64,000 bases of DNA from Takakia lepidozioides (Eukaryota > Plantae > Bryophyta), in contig CM060732.1 in NCBI GenBank assembly GCA_030704615.1, positions 33,108,001 to 33,172,000 on the forward strand, given 5' to 3'. The position numbers and the translations under genes are program-made. The notes under the pieces were generated by a model. It searched no databases. It was given only the letters and a program-made list of their open reading frames with translations, and was not told where the DNA came from. Below, piece by piece: positions 52,145 to 64,000 of the stretch. Each line of letters opens with the position of its first letter. The stretch's first letter is position 1.

Positions 52145-53153
52145 CCCGGGGAAGTCACTTCCAAAAATTTCCAACCGACGTGCAAAAAAATATAGGGTGC
52201 AATTTATTCAGAAAAAATAAAAATTAGAAAAAATATATATATTAAAAAAATTAAAGGGAAACACCTGGGAGCTGACAGCTCAGAAATCAGGCCCTTGATA
52301 GTGAGAGGAGAAAATAACCTCTTTCACAGTAATCGTGCCATGGAGGCTAAGAAATGGGACACCGCCCAAAGAGTATACCACACCCGTCAAGTAGCAGGAT
52401 TTGACCCCAGAATCATCTTGGTGGCACTCAATGCACTAACCAACTGAGCTATTGACTGTTGGTAACATTTAAAAGTAATAAATGGTACATTATATTGTGA
52501 TCAAGGAATTTAAATTGATATAAGATCTAAAATAATGATTTAAAAAAAAAACTATAGGGTTGAGATAATACCTATGAAAAATTCCAAAAATAAGGTGTGC
52601 CAACATCTAATATAGCTACTGGTGTAGATGGGGGAAATGGTGGATAGGTAGGATTCAAAAAATGAGAAGGAACGCAGGGAGCATGTGGGGGACGACAGCC
52701 TATTGATCTCCTAAATAGATCAACCATACCAGTTATGGTGTTATTAAACTACTAAAATCTAGAGGACAATTTAAATTCAAATATGATCATACCGACAACA
52801 AGTGGGTAGATGTAGACTCAATTATTAGTTCATTCACTATGACTTTCGATAGAGCGCAAAATGTCTATACTTTGAATGCTGATGATGCGAATGCTTTAAA
52901 TGAATTTATTTCAACCAAATAATAAATTCATTTGTCTTGTAAAAATAAAATTCTTTTTTATTAATATATGGTGTCTAATATTTGTTTGAAACAAAAAATT
53001 ATAATTAAAATAGCATGCCAAAAATTCACCATACTACAAAATTATGTAATTATAGGGTACTAAAAAATACCCAAAGTAAAAGTAATACCCCCCTACAACA
53101 TACCCATTTATCTCACGTGCCCTATACAAGTGATAGGGAGTGACTTCCCCGGG
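52145..53153. mobile_element. Non-autonomous TIR element (1009 bp) inserted into the Gypsy integrase
   Basis: TIR CCCGGGGAAGTCACT(T/C)CC; 8-bp TSD CTGGTGGA at 52137-52144 and 53154-53161. Confidence 0.88.
52255..52460 (-). mobile_element. tRNA-derived SINE-like sequence
   Basis: Minus strand GTCAATAGCTCAGTTGGTTAG (A box) ... GGGTCAAATCCTG (B box) ..TTGAC, followed by the body shared with 51080-51175. Confidence 0.6.
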
Positions 53154-54790
53154 CTGGTGGATTGATTCCAGCCCAACAAAGTCCAATCCCCATTTCTGGA
53201 TTGGTTCAGTAGGCATTGTAGGATGTAACGCCATCTTGCGTGATCTCTGCAATGGTCCTAATTTTTGGTATTCATCACAGCTTTTGCAAAAGTTGTGTAC
53301 ATCTTTGAATAATGTAGGCCACCAGTATCCTCCAAATAAAGTCTTCCTACTGGTAGTCTCTTCTCCAAAGTGTCCTCCAGCCACTCCTCTATATATGAGT
53401 CTCTTCTAAAATTTTACTGACCTCATGATGGTACAAGCATCTCTTTAGTACACCATCTGGTCCTAACTTGTAAAGTTTCCCTCATATCATAGTGTATGGC
53501 AAAGCCTTATAAATCCTCCTTCTCTGCTTCTTTCCGTAACTAGGTTGACATTTGAGTCAAATAGTATTTGATTGGCCACTGCCAATCCAGCCAATCATCA
53601 GCCCCTACCTCTACTGCAAATAAATTAGCATCAGGTAGTTGATCGTCCACACCTATGGCGGGTTCTCCTGTTTAGAAAACATGATAAGTGATCTGCCACC
53701 AAATGCAACCGACCAGGTTTGTAAACAACTTCGAATTCAAACTCATGCAGTATTATTAGCCATCTTGCTATTCTTCCACTTATCAAAGGCTTGTGAACTC
53801 ACCAAATAAAGCAAAGCCTGATGATCCACATCGAACACAAACTTCCTTCCCAACAGATAATGCCTGAACTTCTTGACTAAATAAATCATTGCCAAAGCTT
53901 CCCTTTCAGTGGTGCTATAAATTCTTTCAGCACTGTTCAATAACCTGCTAGTATAATAAACATGTGAATCTATATTTTCTGTAATGTTTTGAGCTAACAC
54001 AGCTCCCAATGCTTCTCCAGAAGCATCATAATGCACATGAAATATCATATGCCAATGGAGGTTAATCAGCACAGGTGTAGTTGTTACTGACAATGTAAGA
54101 TCCTCAAAGGTCCGTTGGAATTTAGCTGTCCATGCACACACTGCATCTTTCTTCAAGAGTTTACTTAATGGTGCAGCCTTCTGTGCATATCGTCGGACAA
54201 ACCTTCTATAGTAACTGGTTTGTCCAAGGAATCTCCTCAGGGCTTTAACATTAGTAGGTGGTGGAGATGCTTTAATAGCCTCTGTCTTCCTAGGGTCCAC
54301 AAGTAGTCCTTTCTGACACACAATGTGTCCCAAAAGCACTCATGAGTTCACATAGAAAGTACATTTTTCTGGATTCAATCCCAGGCCTCTCATTCTGCAC
54401 CTGGCTAAGCATAACTCCAGCTTCTGCAAATGCTCATTCTTAGAGTTATACAGACTGAAGTCATCTAGGAACACCTGCATGAAGTAATCCAAATACTCAT
54501 GGAATAACTCACTGATTACTTTTTGGAATGTAGTTGGTGCATTACAAAGTCCAAAATGTGCATGACTTTGTAAGCATAAGCTCCCCAATCAGTAATAAAG
54601 GCAGTTTTCCCTTGGTTTTCTTCAGCTGCCACGGTATCTAGTACAGCCTCTGTGAATGGCAAAGGAAATGGGTCTTTCTGAGATCCCTCATACCAACCTA
54701 CGTGTCCCTTCCCATCCATTGCCGAGACCACAACCGCCACCGAGTCCGTATCCGGGTCCTCCGGCATAACCCCGATGGATCCCACCACCT

Positions 54791-55599
54791 TTGGGGACTG
54801 TGTATGACTGGGACCGATGGATCACTAGGTTCCCACTCCGGGAGAAGGGCCCCCGAAGTGATGGACGGGCGCCGCCCCCTAGGAGAGGTGGACCAAAGTT
54901 GTTTCGCACGGTTGGTCCGCGCCTTTGCCGGCCCGATGACGGCACCATACGTCATCGTGGTGCTAGGGAGCTATTCACGATGGGAGTCCAACCCCATTTC
55001 TACCAATGTCTTGTGCCTTGTCCAGTTCCGATTCCCGAGGGTGAGCCCTTTCTTTTTTGGGGTCGCATGTATTGCGTGATGGAGGCAATAGACCCTAGTA
55101 TAGGTCTCGGACTTTTTTTTATGGAGGATGTAGTTTTGGGGAGAGGAGAGAATTCTGTGGATTTGTTCTCCTATTTTGGGCCGAGGTACACCCACCGGGA
55201 GTGGCAATTATTGCAGACACACGGCCTTGGGTCCTTGATCCATCCTTACATCCTTGTTGTGAACGACAATGATGTAAGGGGGAGAAATTTGGGCCGCAAA
55301 GCCCATATTTATTGTGACGAAAACCCCGATGTGTATGGCAACGTGGCTAGGCTCATCAATAGTTCAGTTACCGGTTCAATAGTTCACACCGCCAACGTGT
55401 TTTGGGATCAAAACGCCTCCTTTTCCAGAATGTGCAGCGCCTCTTTCAATCTTCCCTCCTTACAGAGTATCCTGACATCCCCATTCGTGATGGGGATAGT
55501 AGATTGGACCCTAACATCACCATTTTTGTGATGACATGTGCGAGGAGGACCAATAGGGCTGGAGAGGAGTTGTTTGCAGAGTATGACTTTAGGCGTTAG
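54791..55599 (+). pseudogene. Intronless SET-domain-like ORF with a frameshift
   Basis: IGLGLFF (SET-N), YGNVARLINSS (RFINHS-like) and, in the second frame, CARRTNRAGEELFAEYDF* (GEELxxDY-like). Confidence 0.7.
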
Positions 55600-55967
55600 C
55601 CGAGTTTCATCATGTGTAGATGGACGTAGGAAGACATTTTGTACATTGAGGTGGGTTCCTCCACCGTGTATTTATATACATAGGCATTGATGTGTATTTG
55701 GATGCAATTTTCATGCTATATGCAAGGGAGTTTGGATGGACGTTATATGTGAATTTGGGTATTTTGAATTATATAATGTCTCCTTCATGTGGTGAAGCAA
55801 TATGTATGTATTCCCCTCATGTGTATAATGTGTACTTTGGGTTTTATCTCGTATGATAATGAACAACGCCACGTATGGAAACTGATAATGACATGGTTGT
55901 TTTTGGCATCTTAGGATGCCGGCCACAACCCCACGGCGTTAATTCATGAAGTTCACATGATCTTGTC

Positions 55968-56200
55968 ATGAACCAGGATTTTGTTCCTTCGGAGGGGGGT
56001 GCATGTCAAAGGGACCCGACCTCGTCTGAAATGGCGGTCTCTGATGATGAGGACAACAATGACAATGGAATTATGCATGAGGATGTGGCAGCAATGGAGG
56101 ACCTCTTAATGCATGAGATGGTAGATAAGGACACAGACTCTTTGAATGACATGGAAAAAGAAGCCAAAACTCCCTTATACGAAGGGGCCAAAGTGAGTTG
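55968..56200 (+). other. Possible CACTA transposase-associated exon fragment
   Basis: Acidic stretch followed by EAKTPLYEG resembles the A..PLY.G motif upstream of En/Spm Tnp2; short and weak. Confidence 0.35.
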
Positions 56201-56409
56201 CAGTCATGTTTTCCTGTTTGTTTGACATGGGAGCTGGGGAGGGATCGCAGGGGAGCGAGCCAACACAGTCAACTTTGGATGCTCCTGCCCGGGAGCTGCG
56301 CTCGCAAGGTGGAAGTGCATCGAGGTAGGCAACTCCTCAGAGAACACCTCAGAAATCGCCTCAGAAAAGCCCATCTAGAGTCCGGAAGCCGAGGAAGCAA
56401 AAGGAGCCC

Positions 56410-59400
56410 ATGGCTTCGCCAGTAAAACCACTTGGGAGACTGGAAGCGGAGATATTGGGTTTGCAGGCAGTTTCAGAAAACACGGATGCGGTGGAGGCCG
56501 CTGGAGATGTCGGACTCGGATCTACAGAAGGGCGGCCCATTCAGCTGACAGAAGCAGAGGACGACAATGTGGTGCGACTTGATGACTTCCCAGGAGATCA
56601 GAACCTGCTGGAGCTTGCGGAGGAGCAAAACCTCCAGGATAGTAGACAGGCTGGTGAGAGGGGTGAGGGAAGTGAGAGAGGTGATAGAAGTAAGAAACTG
56701 GTGGCGGGTATGCTCATGAGCGCACGAGACATGAACATAGCAGCAAACAGGTTGCTGGCAGAGACTCATAGCAACATAGGCCGCGTTTTGGGCTCCATGG
56801 TGTATCCGGAGAACCTTAAAGTTCCTTTGTGTCGCATGGTTAGCCTTCCAGTTGTAAAGCAAGCACTGCCAGGGGACATCGATCGACTGAAGCACAACTT
56901 TAGAGAGGGGTACAGATGGGGGTCGACAGCATTCTACGTTTCCATTGAGAATGACCAGGGTGTCACAAAGGGCCCCACTGCAGAGGAGCTTCAGAATTGG
57001 AGCCCCCAATGGCACACTGTAAATGCCAAGTTTGAAGCCTCTCTGAAGACTAATCCCACATTCGCACACATGGCAGGGAAGATGTTTTTCGTTTGGGACG
57101 GGAACCACTGGATGCTTGCCTGGATAGAGTACATTGCTGAAAATGCATCCGCAAGACATCAATTGGCATTACATGGTGGACTGCATTGTCGTGAAGGTGG
57201 ACGTCAGGGACAGAGGACTATTGAAGGGTACCATGGCGGATATAAATCTGTAAGTATACAACTACATCCTTGTGTACTGCCTATTGCGGCGCCGAAATAG
57301 ACAATGTTCTTGACTGTCATGCACTCTATGAACTGGAAATTGGATTGCTGTGCCGAAATCTGGTTATTTTTGTATCATATTTTCATGTTGTTCCTTTATT
57401 TTTTCTCCATGGCAGGGTAGCAGAGAGGGCCTTCGTGGAAACTCATCTGGCACATACGCTCTACATAGTGCAAGAAGTGGGCACAGCACCGCAGACGGAC
57501 TTCCAAAAATCCCTCGATCCTGAGCTGTACATGAAGTCCCTTGTGAAAGCGGATCGCACCTGGTACCGACCAACACTGGACGCCATGGTGGAGATCCTCT
57601 ATTCGGTGAGGTTCATCTCAAATTTCCCGATTTATTGCTATTTGTTGTAGGGATCAGTGGCCTGACTGTATCCGCTGGGTATGGGAATGCTGACGAACAT
57701 CAGGGATGACTTGGCCTATGCCAAAAGGCAGTTCTTTGAGAGTGATGCCCCCAACAAGGCGGACGCGTCGATAGAGAGTCACATTGTGCAGGCAGGGAGG
57801 CAATCACGGACCAAGTACAGGTCCAAACTTGTGAAGCAAGTTGCAATCGCTGACCCTGGTCTTGGTGCCGAGTTCCTGGCGGAGATAGGACTGCATTACT
57901 CCAGACCCATGAAACCGGAAATGTCCATGAAGAAACTTCATCACATCGCAGTGTCCTGTGTTGAGCCGGCGGAGAAGGTTAGCGTGTGTTTGTTCTTGTT
58001 TTGTGTTTTCTCGCGATTCTCATGATGAGGTTCTTATGTCTGACCGATGTTAGGCCATGCAGACGAGGTGGCTACGAATCTGGAACGGCCATACAAACAC
58101 GAAGCTACTGTACCACTTTCCCATCGAGCCAACAGACGACAAAATGAACGACTGGCTCAATGTGATGACTTGGTGGCATTAGGTATAATTTCCTCCTCTT
58201 CTGTGTGTTGGACATCATCGCAATTTCAAATTCATGAATGTTTTGGAAACCTGCACTGCTGCAGGTACTGACCCACGCCCTGGAGCAATTGGATTGCAAC
58301 ACCACCACTTTCAAGTTACAGATCGACTGGACGAAACTGGAGACAATGGAGAACTACGTGCAGTCCTGGCGAGGGGGGCGCTTCGCAAACCTGTTTTTCA
58401 GAGAAATTGCAAAGGCAAGACGCAGCGTATACATCGAAGAGCAGGAGGGTGTTGACAAAGCGGCAATGCGTGTCCTGTTTAGGTAATCTGCTGCCAATGC
58501 ATCCCCCTATTTGCAGTTTTGAGGATTTAGCTAAGCAGCGGTGGGTATTGCGGCGCCAAAATATACCTCTGCAAGATGTGAGTGCTGGGTAATTGGGGCA
58601 CGGTCCACTGCGTATTTCGGTGCCGAAATACCTTATGCATTGAGAACTTCCTCTTGCATGATGCATCAGTAGAATGATTTTTGTTGAACTGCCTCGTGAT
58701 TGCAGGTACATAAACTTTGCACTCATTCCGTCCGGAGCCATTCAAAGGGTTCCACCATTCTTCCTGGCGTGGAGGACACCTGGAGGTCGTGGTACGATGT
58801 ACACAGAAGCAATGGCAAAGGAGTGGCATGCCGAGCATTTGGTAGACTGTCCGTGGTATGTGGATCTCCCAAGTAGGACCGGTTGACCTCTCTGAGGTTA
58901 ACTTGAAGAAGGAAGCGAATGCCCGGGCTATGAAGGCGCAATCGGATCCCCAACCAGAGGATGCGAAAAGACTGAAAGCAGAGGAGGCAGCAAAGCAGAA
59001 AGCACTGAGAAAGTCAGCCAAGGCGGCAGCGTTGGTGAAGGAGCAGATGGAGAAGCAGGCAGCTGAGCAGCCCAAGGACAAGAAGAAAAGAACGTGCAAA
59101 TAGAGGCAAGAGACGAAGACCCCCACACCCAAGAAGAAGAAGCAGCAACATAGTCAGCCAGATGACAAGGATTCCGACGACGATTTCCAGCAGGATAAAA
59201 CCCAGGGGGCCACACCTCGTCCGAAAATTCACAAGGGCTAGCGCTCCGGGGGTTTGGCTGCGAAGAGATCACTATACAAGGATGCACCTGGCAGACCCTA
59301 TTGTGCGGTGCACATTGCGGGCACGGAAGTCCTCAAAACACCCACAATTGTGGAGTGTGTTAATGAAAATTTCCTAACTGCTCTGACCAGAAGGCTGGAG

Positions 59401-60476
59401 AAAACGAGATTGAGGAAGGCGATCGAGGCCCACCAGGGGAAGGGGACACTCCCGGCTACACAAAGATGATGGAGTATTTTGTGGCGATGAGCCACGGCAA
59501 AAAGAGCACAGTCGGGGGCAGGGTGGTGAAAGCCTCCATCGACATGATCCTTGTGGATATCCCGGATGGGCAGGAGATACTGGGCTCACTACCCTGGTGG
59601 AACAAGTACGATGAAAGATACTGGAGCCACACATTCGGGTTCACAGCCAACATGTTGGACGACGACGGCTGTGTTGTTGTGCTAGCAGCCGATGGAGAAG
59701 TCACTGAGAATGATATCAAAGTATGGACGGGGAGAAGTGCAGCACCCATCCAGAAAAAGATCTGGACTTGCATCAACACGCAGGGTCTTCTCAATGATGG
59801 TCAGAATGTATGTTGCGGTTCTCCTCTGTTCTGCCAATTTCTGTGCCGAAATTGCCCATGTACGTGTAGGCCACCTCTCACGTTCTCATTTCCTTCTTTG
59901 CAGACTCTTGTCTTTTTAGGCATTCTGCCTCGTGAAGGAACATTCGAAATTCAAATTACGTCAAGCAAGCAGACTTGTTGATTCCACAGTTGATCCACTG
60001 GAGTATAACGTCCTGTTCAACCATGTGGGAGAGAAGGACATGCTTTGTGATTTGTCGGGCAAGCCTTGGAGGTATGGCAGGACCAGGAGTCCTGCATTCA
60101 TCTAGACGCTCATGGAAACATGTACGGATGTTGAAGGTAGGGTCCTCGACGTCACTGCTAATACATGTGAGAGCGTTAAGTGATTGCGGCACCGAAATTG
60201 ACACCGTTTCCGATTGTCTTTGTTTGCTTGCGCGAGGAAGCGAGTCATTCTTGACTTTGGCTGTGGTTGTGTCATATGAATTCGCAGGTGCCTGTATGTG
60301 GGCGGGAAGGATGTCCAACCGATTTGTGTTCTCATTTGAGGGGGATACGGCCTTGTACGATTTCAATTTGGCAGGCCTACAGCGTCTGCCTCCGACTGAG
60401 GATCCCAACAACGCAGAAGAGGACGTGGAAGGGGAGGAGGAAGAGGAGGAGGAGGAAGTCCAGGAAATTCGTCTGA
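56410..60476 (+). pseudogene. Third (C) ParB/Srx-like + DNA methyltransferase-like fusion gene, multi-exon, disrupted
   Basis: VPLCRMVSLPVVK..MFFVWDGNHW; KADRTWYR; PPFFLAWRTPG; IDMILVDIPDG; GKPWRYGRTRSPAFI*TLMETCTDVEGRVLDV|ACMWAGRMSNRFVFSFEGD. Exon structure parallels copy B. Confidence 0.8.
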
Positions 60477-60552
60477 TGCAGTTCGGTCTTCCTCATCATC
60501 GATCCGTCTGTCACCTTGGTCATTTTGGTCTTAACGCCCCCTTTTTTTCGCC

Positions 60553-61052
60553 NNNNNNNNNNNNNNNNNNNNNNNNNNNNNNNNNNNNNNNNNNNNNNNN
60601 NNNNNNNNNNNNNNNNNNNNNNNNNNNNNNNNNNNNNNNNNNNNNNNNNNNNNNNNNNNNNNNNNNNNNNNNNNNNNNNNNNNNNNNNNNNNNNNNNNNN
60701 NNNNNNNNNNNNNNNNNNNNNNNNNNNNNNNNNNNNNNNNNNNNNNNNNNNNNNNNNNNNNNNNNNNNNNNNNNNNNNNNNNNNNNNNNNNNNNNNNNNN
60801 NNNNNNNNNNNNNNNNNNNNNNNNNNNNNNNNNNNNNNNNNNNNNNNNNNNNNNNNNNNNNNNNNNNNNNNNNNNNNNNNNNNNNNNNNNNNNNNNNNNN
60901 NNNNNNNNNNNNNNNNNNNNNNNNNNNNNNNNNNNNNNNNNNNNNNNNNNNNNNNNNNNNNNNNNNNNNNNNNNNNNNNNNNNNNNNNNNNNNNNNNNNN
61001 NNNNNNNNNNNNNNNNNNNNNNNNNNNNNNNNNNNNNNNNNNNNNNNNNNNN
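60553..61052. other. Assembly gap (500 N)
   Basis: Run of N. Confidence 1.
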
Positions 61053-61479
61053 TTCCTCCCCTTCGGCATGCCTATGTCCGAAGTATAATTTCCGGAGCTG
61101 CGACGAGGTCTCCTGTCACGAACTCCCCCCTCTCAAGTTCGAGCATAAGAAGAATAGAGAGAGGGAAAAGGGGCAAAGAGTGCAGATGGAAAGGGCGCGA
61201 GAGGGGTGACTGAGGAGACACGACAAAAGTAGATGAAACGGCGGTGATGCACCACTTGGGTTCGAAAGGGTTGGACGAAAGTGTCTCCTCGTGGACTTTG
61301 CGTCATAACAAAATTCAAATCGTTCAGGGTACGCCTGCCGTCCGAAAAACAAACATCATTATCCAACGGTCAGGCCGCGCCGCCTCATGCCCCTTCAGTC
61401 AGATAGAGTGCCGACATGTGCAGCAATTCCGTTGCTCCACGTGTTCACATTTCAAGGCATTTCCGTCCCAGCGTCTGAT

Positions 61480-63870
61480 GAGTTGGAGCGAAAATGCGAA
61501 TGCAGCGCGCATTTCCGTTAAGTACCATCACGAAGCTACACATCCGTACTTGTTGGAAGAAAATGCGGCAACGCATTTCCGTTCCACCTTCACATACCTT
61601 AGTTGTTGAACGGAAATACGGTGCCGCATTTCCGTCCCACACTCCATGTATTAGATCCAAAAGGGAAATGCGGCGCCGCATTTCCGTTCTGGAATGTCGA
61701 AAGGTGCGATTCTTTCAGTTCCCGTGGTTCATGATTTTCAATGTGAACGGAAATGCGGTACCGCATTTCCGTTCCCCCTTCACATACGTTAGTTGATGAA
61801 TGGAAATGCCGTGCCACATTTCCGTTCGGGAAAGTATAGAGGTCTCACCAGGACAGAAATGCGGTGGCCGCATTTCCGGTCTCGAAAGTTTGAAGTCTCA
61901 CATGGATGGAAATGCGGCAACACATTTCCGTAGCACAGCTCTAGGCCCCATATAGAAAACAAAAATGCGGCGCGGCATTTCCGTTCTAGAATGTCGGAAG
62001 GTGCAACTCGGACGGAAATGCGGTGCCGCATTTCTGTTCCTGTTGCGCACGATTTTCAGTCAGAACGGAAATGCGGTACCGCATTTCCGTTCTTTAGAGT
62101 ATTAACGTCTGATGCTGGCGGAAATGCTGTGCCGCATTTTTGTTCCACAGCTCCATGCCTCATATACAAAACGGAAATGCGGCGCCGCATTTCCGTTTTG
62201 AAATGTCGGAAGGTGCGACTCCGACGGAAATGCAGTACCGCATTTCAGTTCCGATGTTTCAGGATATTTCATCAGAACGGAAATGCGGTGCCGCATTTCC
62301 GTTCTGGAATGTTGGGAGGTGCGACTCGGATGGAAATGCGCTGCCGCATTTCAGTTCCGATGGTTCACGATTTTCAGTTAGAACGGAAATGCGGTACCGC
62401 ATTTCCGTTCTGGAATGTTGAGAGGTGCGACTCGGATGGAAATACGCTGCCGCATTTCAGTTCAGATGGTTCACGATTTTCAGTCAGAACGGAAATGCGG
62501 TACCGCATTTCCGTTCTGTAGAGTATTAACGTCTGACGCTCGCGGAAATGCTGTGCCGAATTTTCGTTCCACAGCTCCATGCCTCATATACAAAACGGAA
62601 ATGCGGCGCCGCATTTCCGTTTTGGAATGTCGGAAGGTGCGACTCCGACGGAAATGCGGTACCGCATTTCAGTTCCGATGTTTCAGGATATTTCATCAGA
62701 ACGGAAATGCGGTGCCGCATTTCCGTTCTGGAATGTTGGGAGGTGCGACTCGGATGGAAATGCGCTGCCGCATTTCAGTTCCGATGGTTCACAATTTTCA
62801 GTCAGAACGGAAATGCGGTACCGCATTTCCGTTCTGGAATGTTGAGAGGTGCGACTCGGATGGAAATACGCTGCCGCATTTCAGTTCAGATGGTTCACGA
62901 TTTTCAGTCAGAACGGAAATGCGGTACCGCATTTCCGTTCTGTAGAGTATTAACGTCTGACGCTCGCGGAAATGCTGTGCCGCATTTTCGTTCCACAGCT
63001 CCATGCCTCATATACAAAACGGAAATGCGGCGCCGCATTTCCGTTTTGGAATGTCGGAAGGTGCGACTCCGACGGAAATGCGGTACCGCATTTCAGTTCC
63101 AATGTTTCAGGATATTTCATCAGAACGGAAATGCGGTGCCGCATTTCCGTTCTGGAATTGGGAGGTGCGACTCGGATGGAAATGCGCTGCCGCATTTCAG
63201 TTCCGATGGTTTACGATTTTCAGTCAGAACGGAAATGCGGTACCGCATTTCCGTTCTGGAATGTTGAGAGGTGCGACTCGGTAGTATGAATGTCTCATGC
63301 GGTCGGAATTGCGCTGTATGAAGCTGTCGGAATCGTACTCGGCTCCATGCATCAGATACAAAATGGAAATGCGGCGCCGCATTTCCGTTCTGGAATGTCG
63401 GAAAGTGCGACTCGGACAGAAATGCGGTGCCGCATTTCTGTTCCCGTTGTTCATAATTCTCAATCAGAACAGAAATGCGGTACCGCATTTCCGTTATGGA
63501 GAGTATGAATGTCTTTTAAGGACTGAAATGTGCTGCAGCATTTCTATCCCTCAGCTCCATGCATCAGATACAAAATGGAAATGCGGCGCCGCATTTCCGT
63601 TCTGGAATGTCGGAAAAGTGCGACTCGGACGGGAATGCGGTGCCGCATTTCTGTTCCCGTTGTTCATAATTCTCAATCAGAACGGAAATGCGGTACCGCA
63701 TTTCCGTTCCACCTTCCCATACCGTGCTTGCTGGATGGAAATGCGTTACCGCATTTCCGTTCTGGAGAGTATAAAGGTTTCCTCCGGACGGAAACTCGGT
63801 GCCGCATTTCCGTCGCTCTGGTGCATGACCAAGAAGTAAAACGGAAATGCGGCGCCGTATTTCCGTCCAC
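61480..63870. repeat. Array of roughly 40 copies of the 22-bp palindrome GGAAATGCGGCGCCGCATTTCC with 53-bp period and a 424-bp (8 x 53) higher-order repeat
   Basis: Centres at 61569, 61622, 61674, 61759, 61812, 61865, 61918, 61971, 62024, 62077, 62130, 62183 and onward; CTCCATGCCTCATATACAAAAC recurs at 62151, 62575 and 62999. Confidence 0.95.
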
Positions 63871-64000
63871 GAGCAATCGAAAGAATCACTCGGGACGGGA
63901 AATCTGGAACCTGAATGGGTTGCATTGTTCCGAAACAACATTGCGGCCAGTCTTGATGAGCACAACTTGGTTATCTGACCGTTTTAACCAACAGTCCTGG

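Larger units (their letters stand above)
51840..54685 (-). mobile_element. Ty3/Gypsy pol fragment (RT, RNase H, integrase), degenerate
   Basis: [94 protein letters not shown]; RT-RH-IN order. Confidence 0.92.

Noticed and set aside
52385-52460. Functional tRNA gene
   Set aside because: Degenerate B box and anticodon arm, and attached to a repeated body; better explained as a SINE head.
59975-61213. Long ORFs of 190-412 aa
   Set aside because: Artefacts of reading through the 500-N gap.

Overview
Eukaryotic land-plant genomic DNA (GT-AG introns, a PLS-class PPR fragment; lineage not determinable by eye). 1-15.5 kb is genic: the 5' part of ARP2 (-), head-to-head with a nuclear poly(A)-binding protein gene (PABN, +), plus a second, inverted PABN copy (-), with small TEs between them. 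16-64 kb is a nest of transposons whose junctions can be read from the sequence. A 34.7-kb PIF/Harbinger element (TTA TSD) has its Myb/trihelix gene split by a 23.6-kb Mutator-like element A (9-bp TSD). A's transposase is in turn split by a related 13-kb element B (8-bp TSD). hAT, Gypsy, CRE-like, SINE and captured F-box/PPR fragments follow. Main finding: A and B each carry, divergent from a GCM-like/MULE-DDE/SWIM transposase, a spliced gene fusing a ParB/Srx-like domain (VWDGNHR) to a beta-class N6A/N4C DNA-methyltransferase-like domain (DIPDG ... LDLTCGTG); a third copy C of this gene lies at 56-60 kb. Each copy is accompanied by its own variant palindrome (22 bp, nGAA-N3-CG-N4-CG-N3-TTCn, in A, B and the 61-64 kb array; a 16-bp core in C). 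The large arrays are spaced at near-integral helical turns (53, 74, 84, 95 bp). This looks like a TE-borne ParB/parS-like self-recognition and DNA-modification system. All family calls come from motif recognition by eye; no database searches were run.
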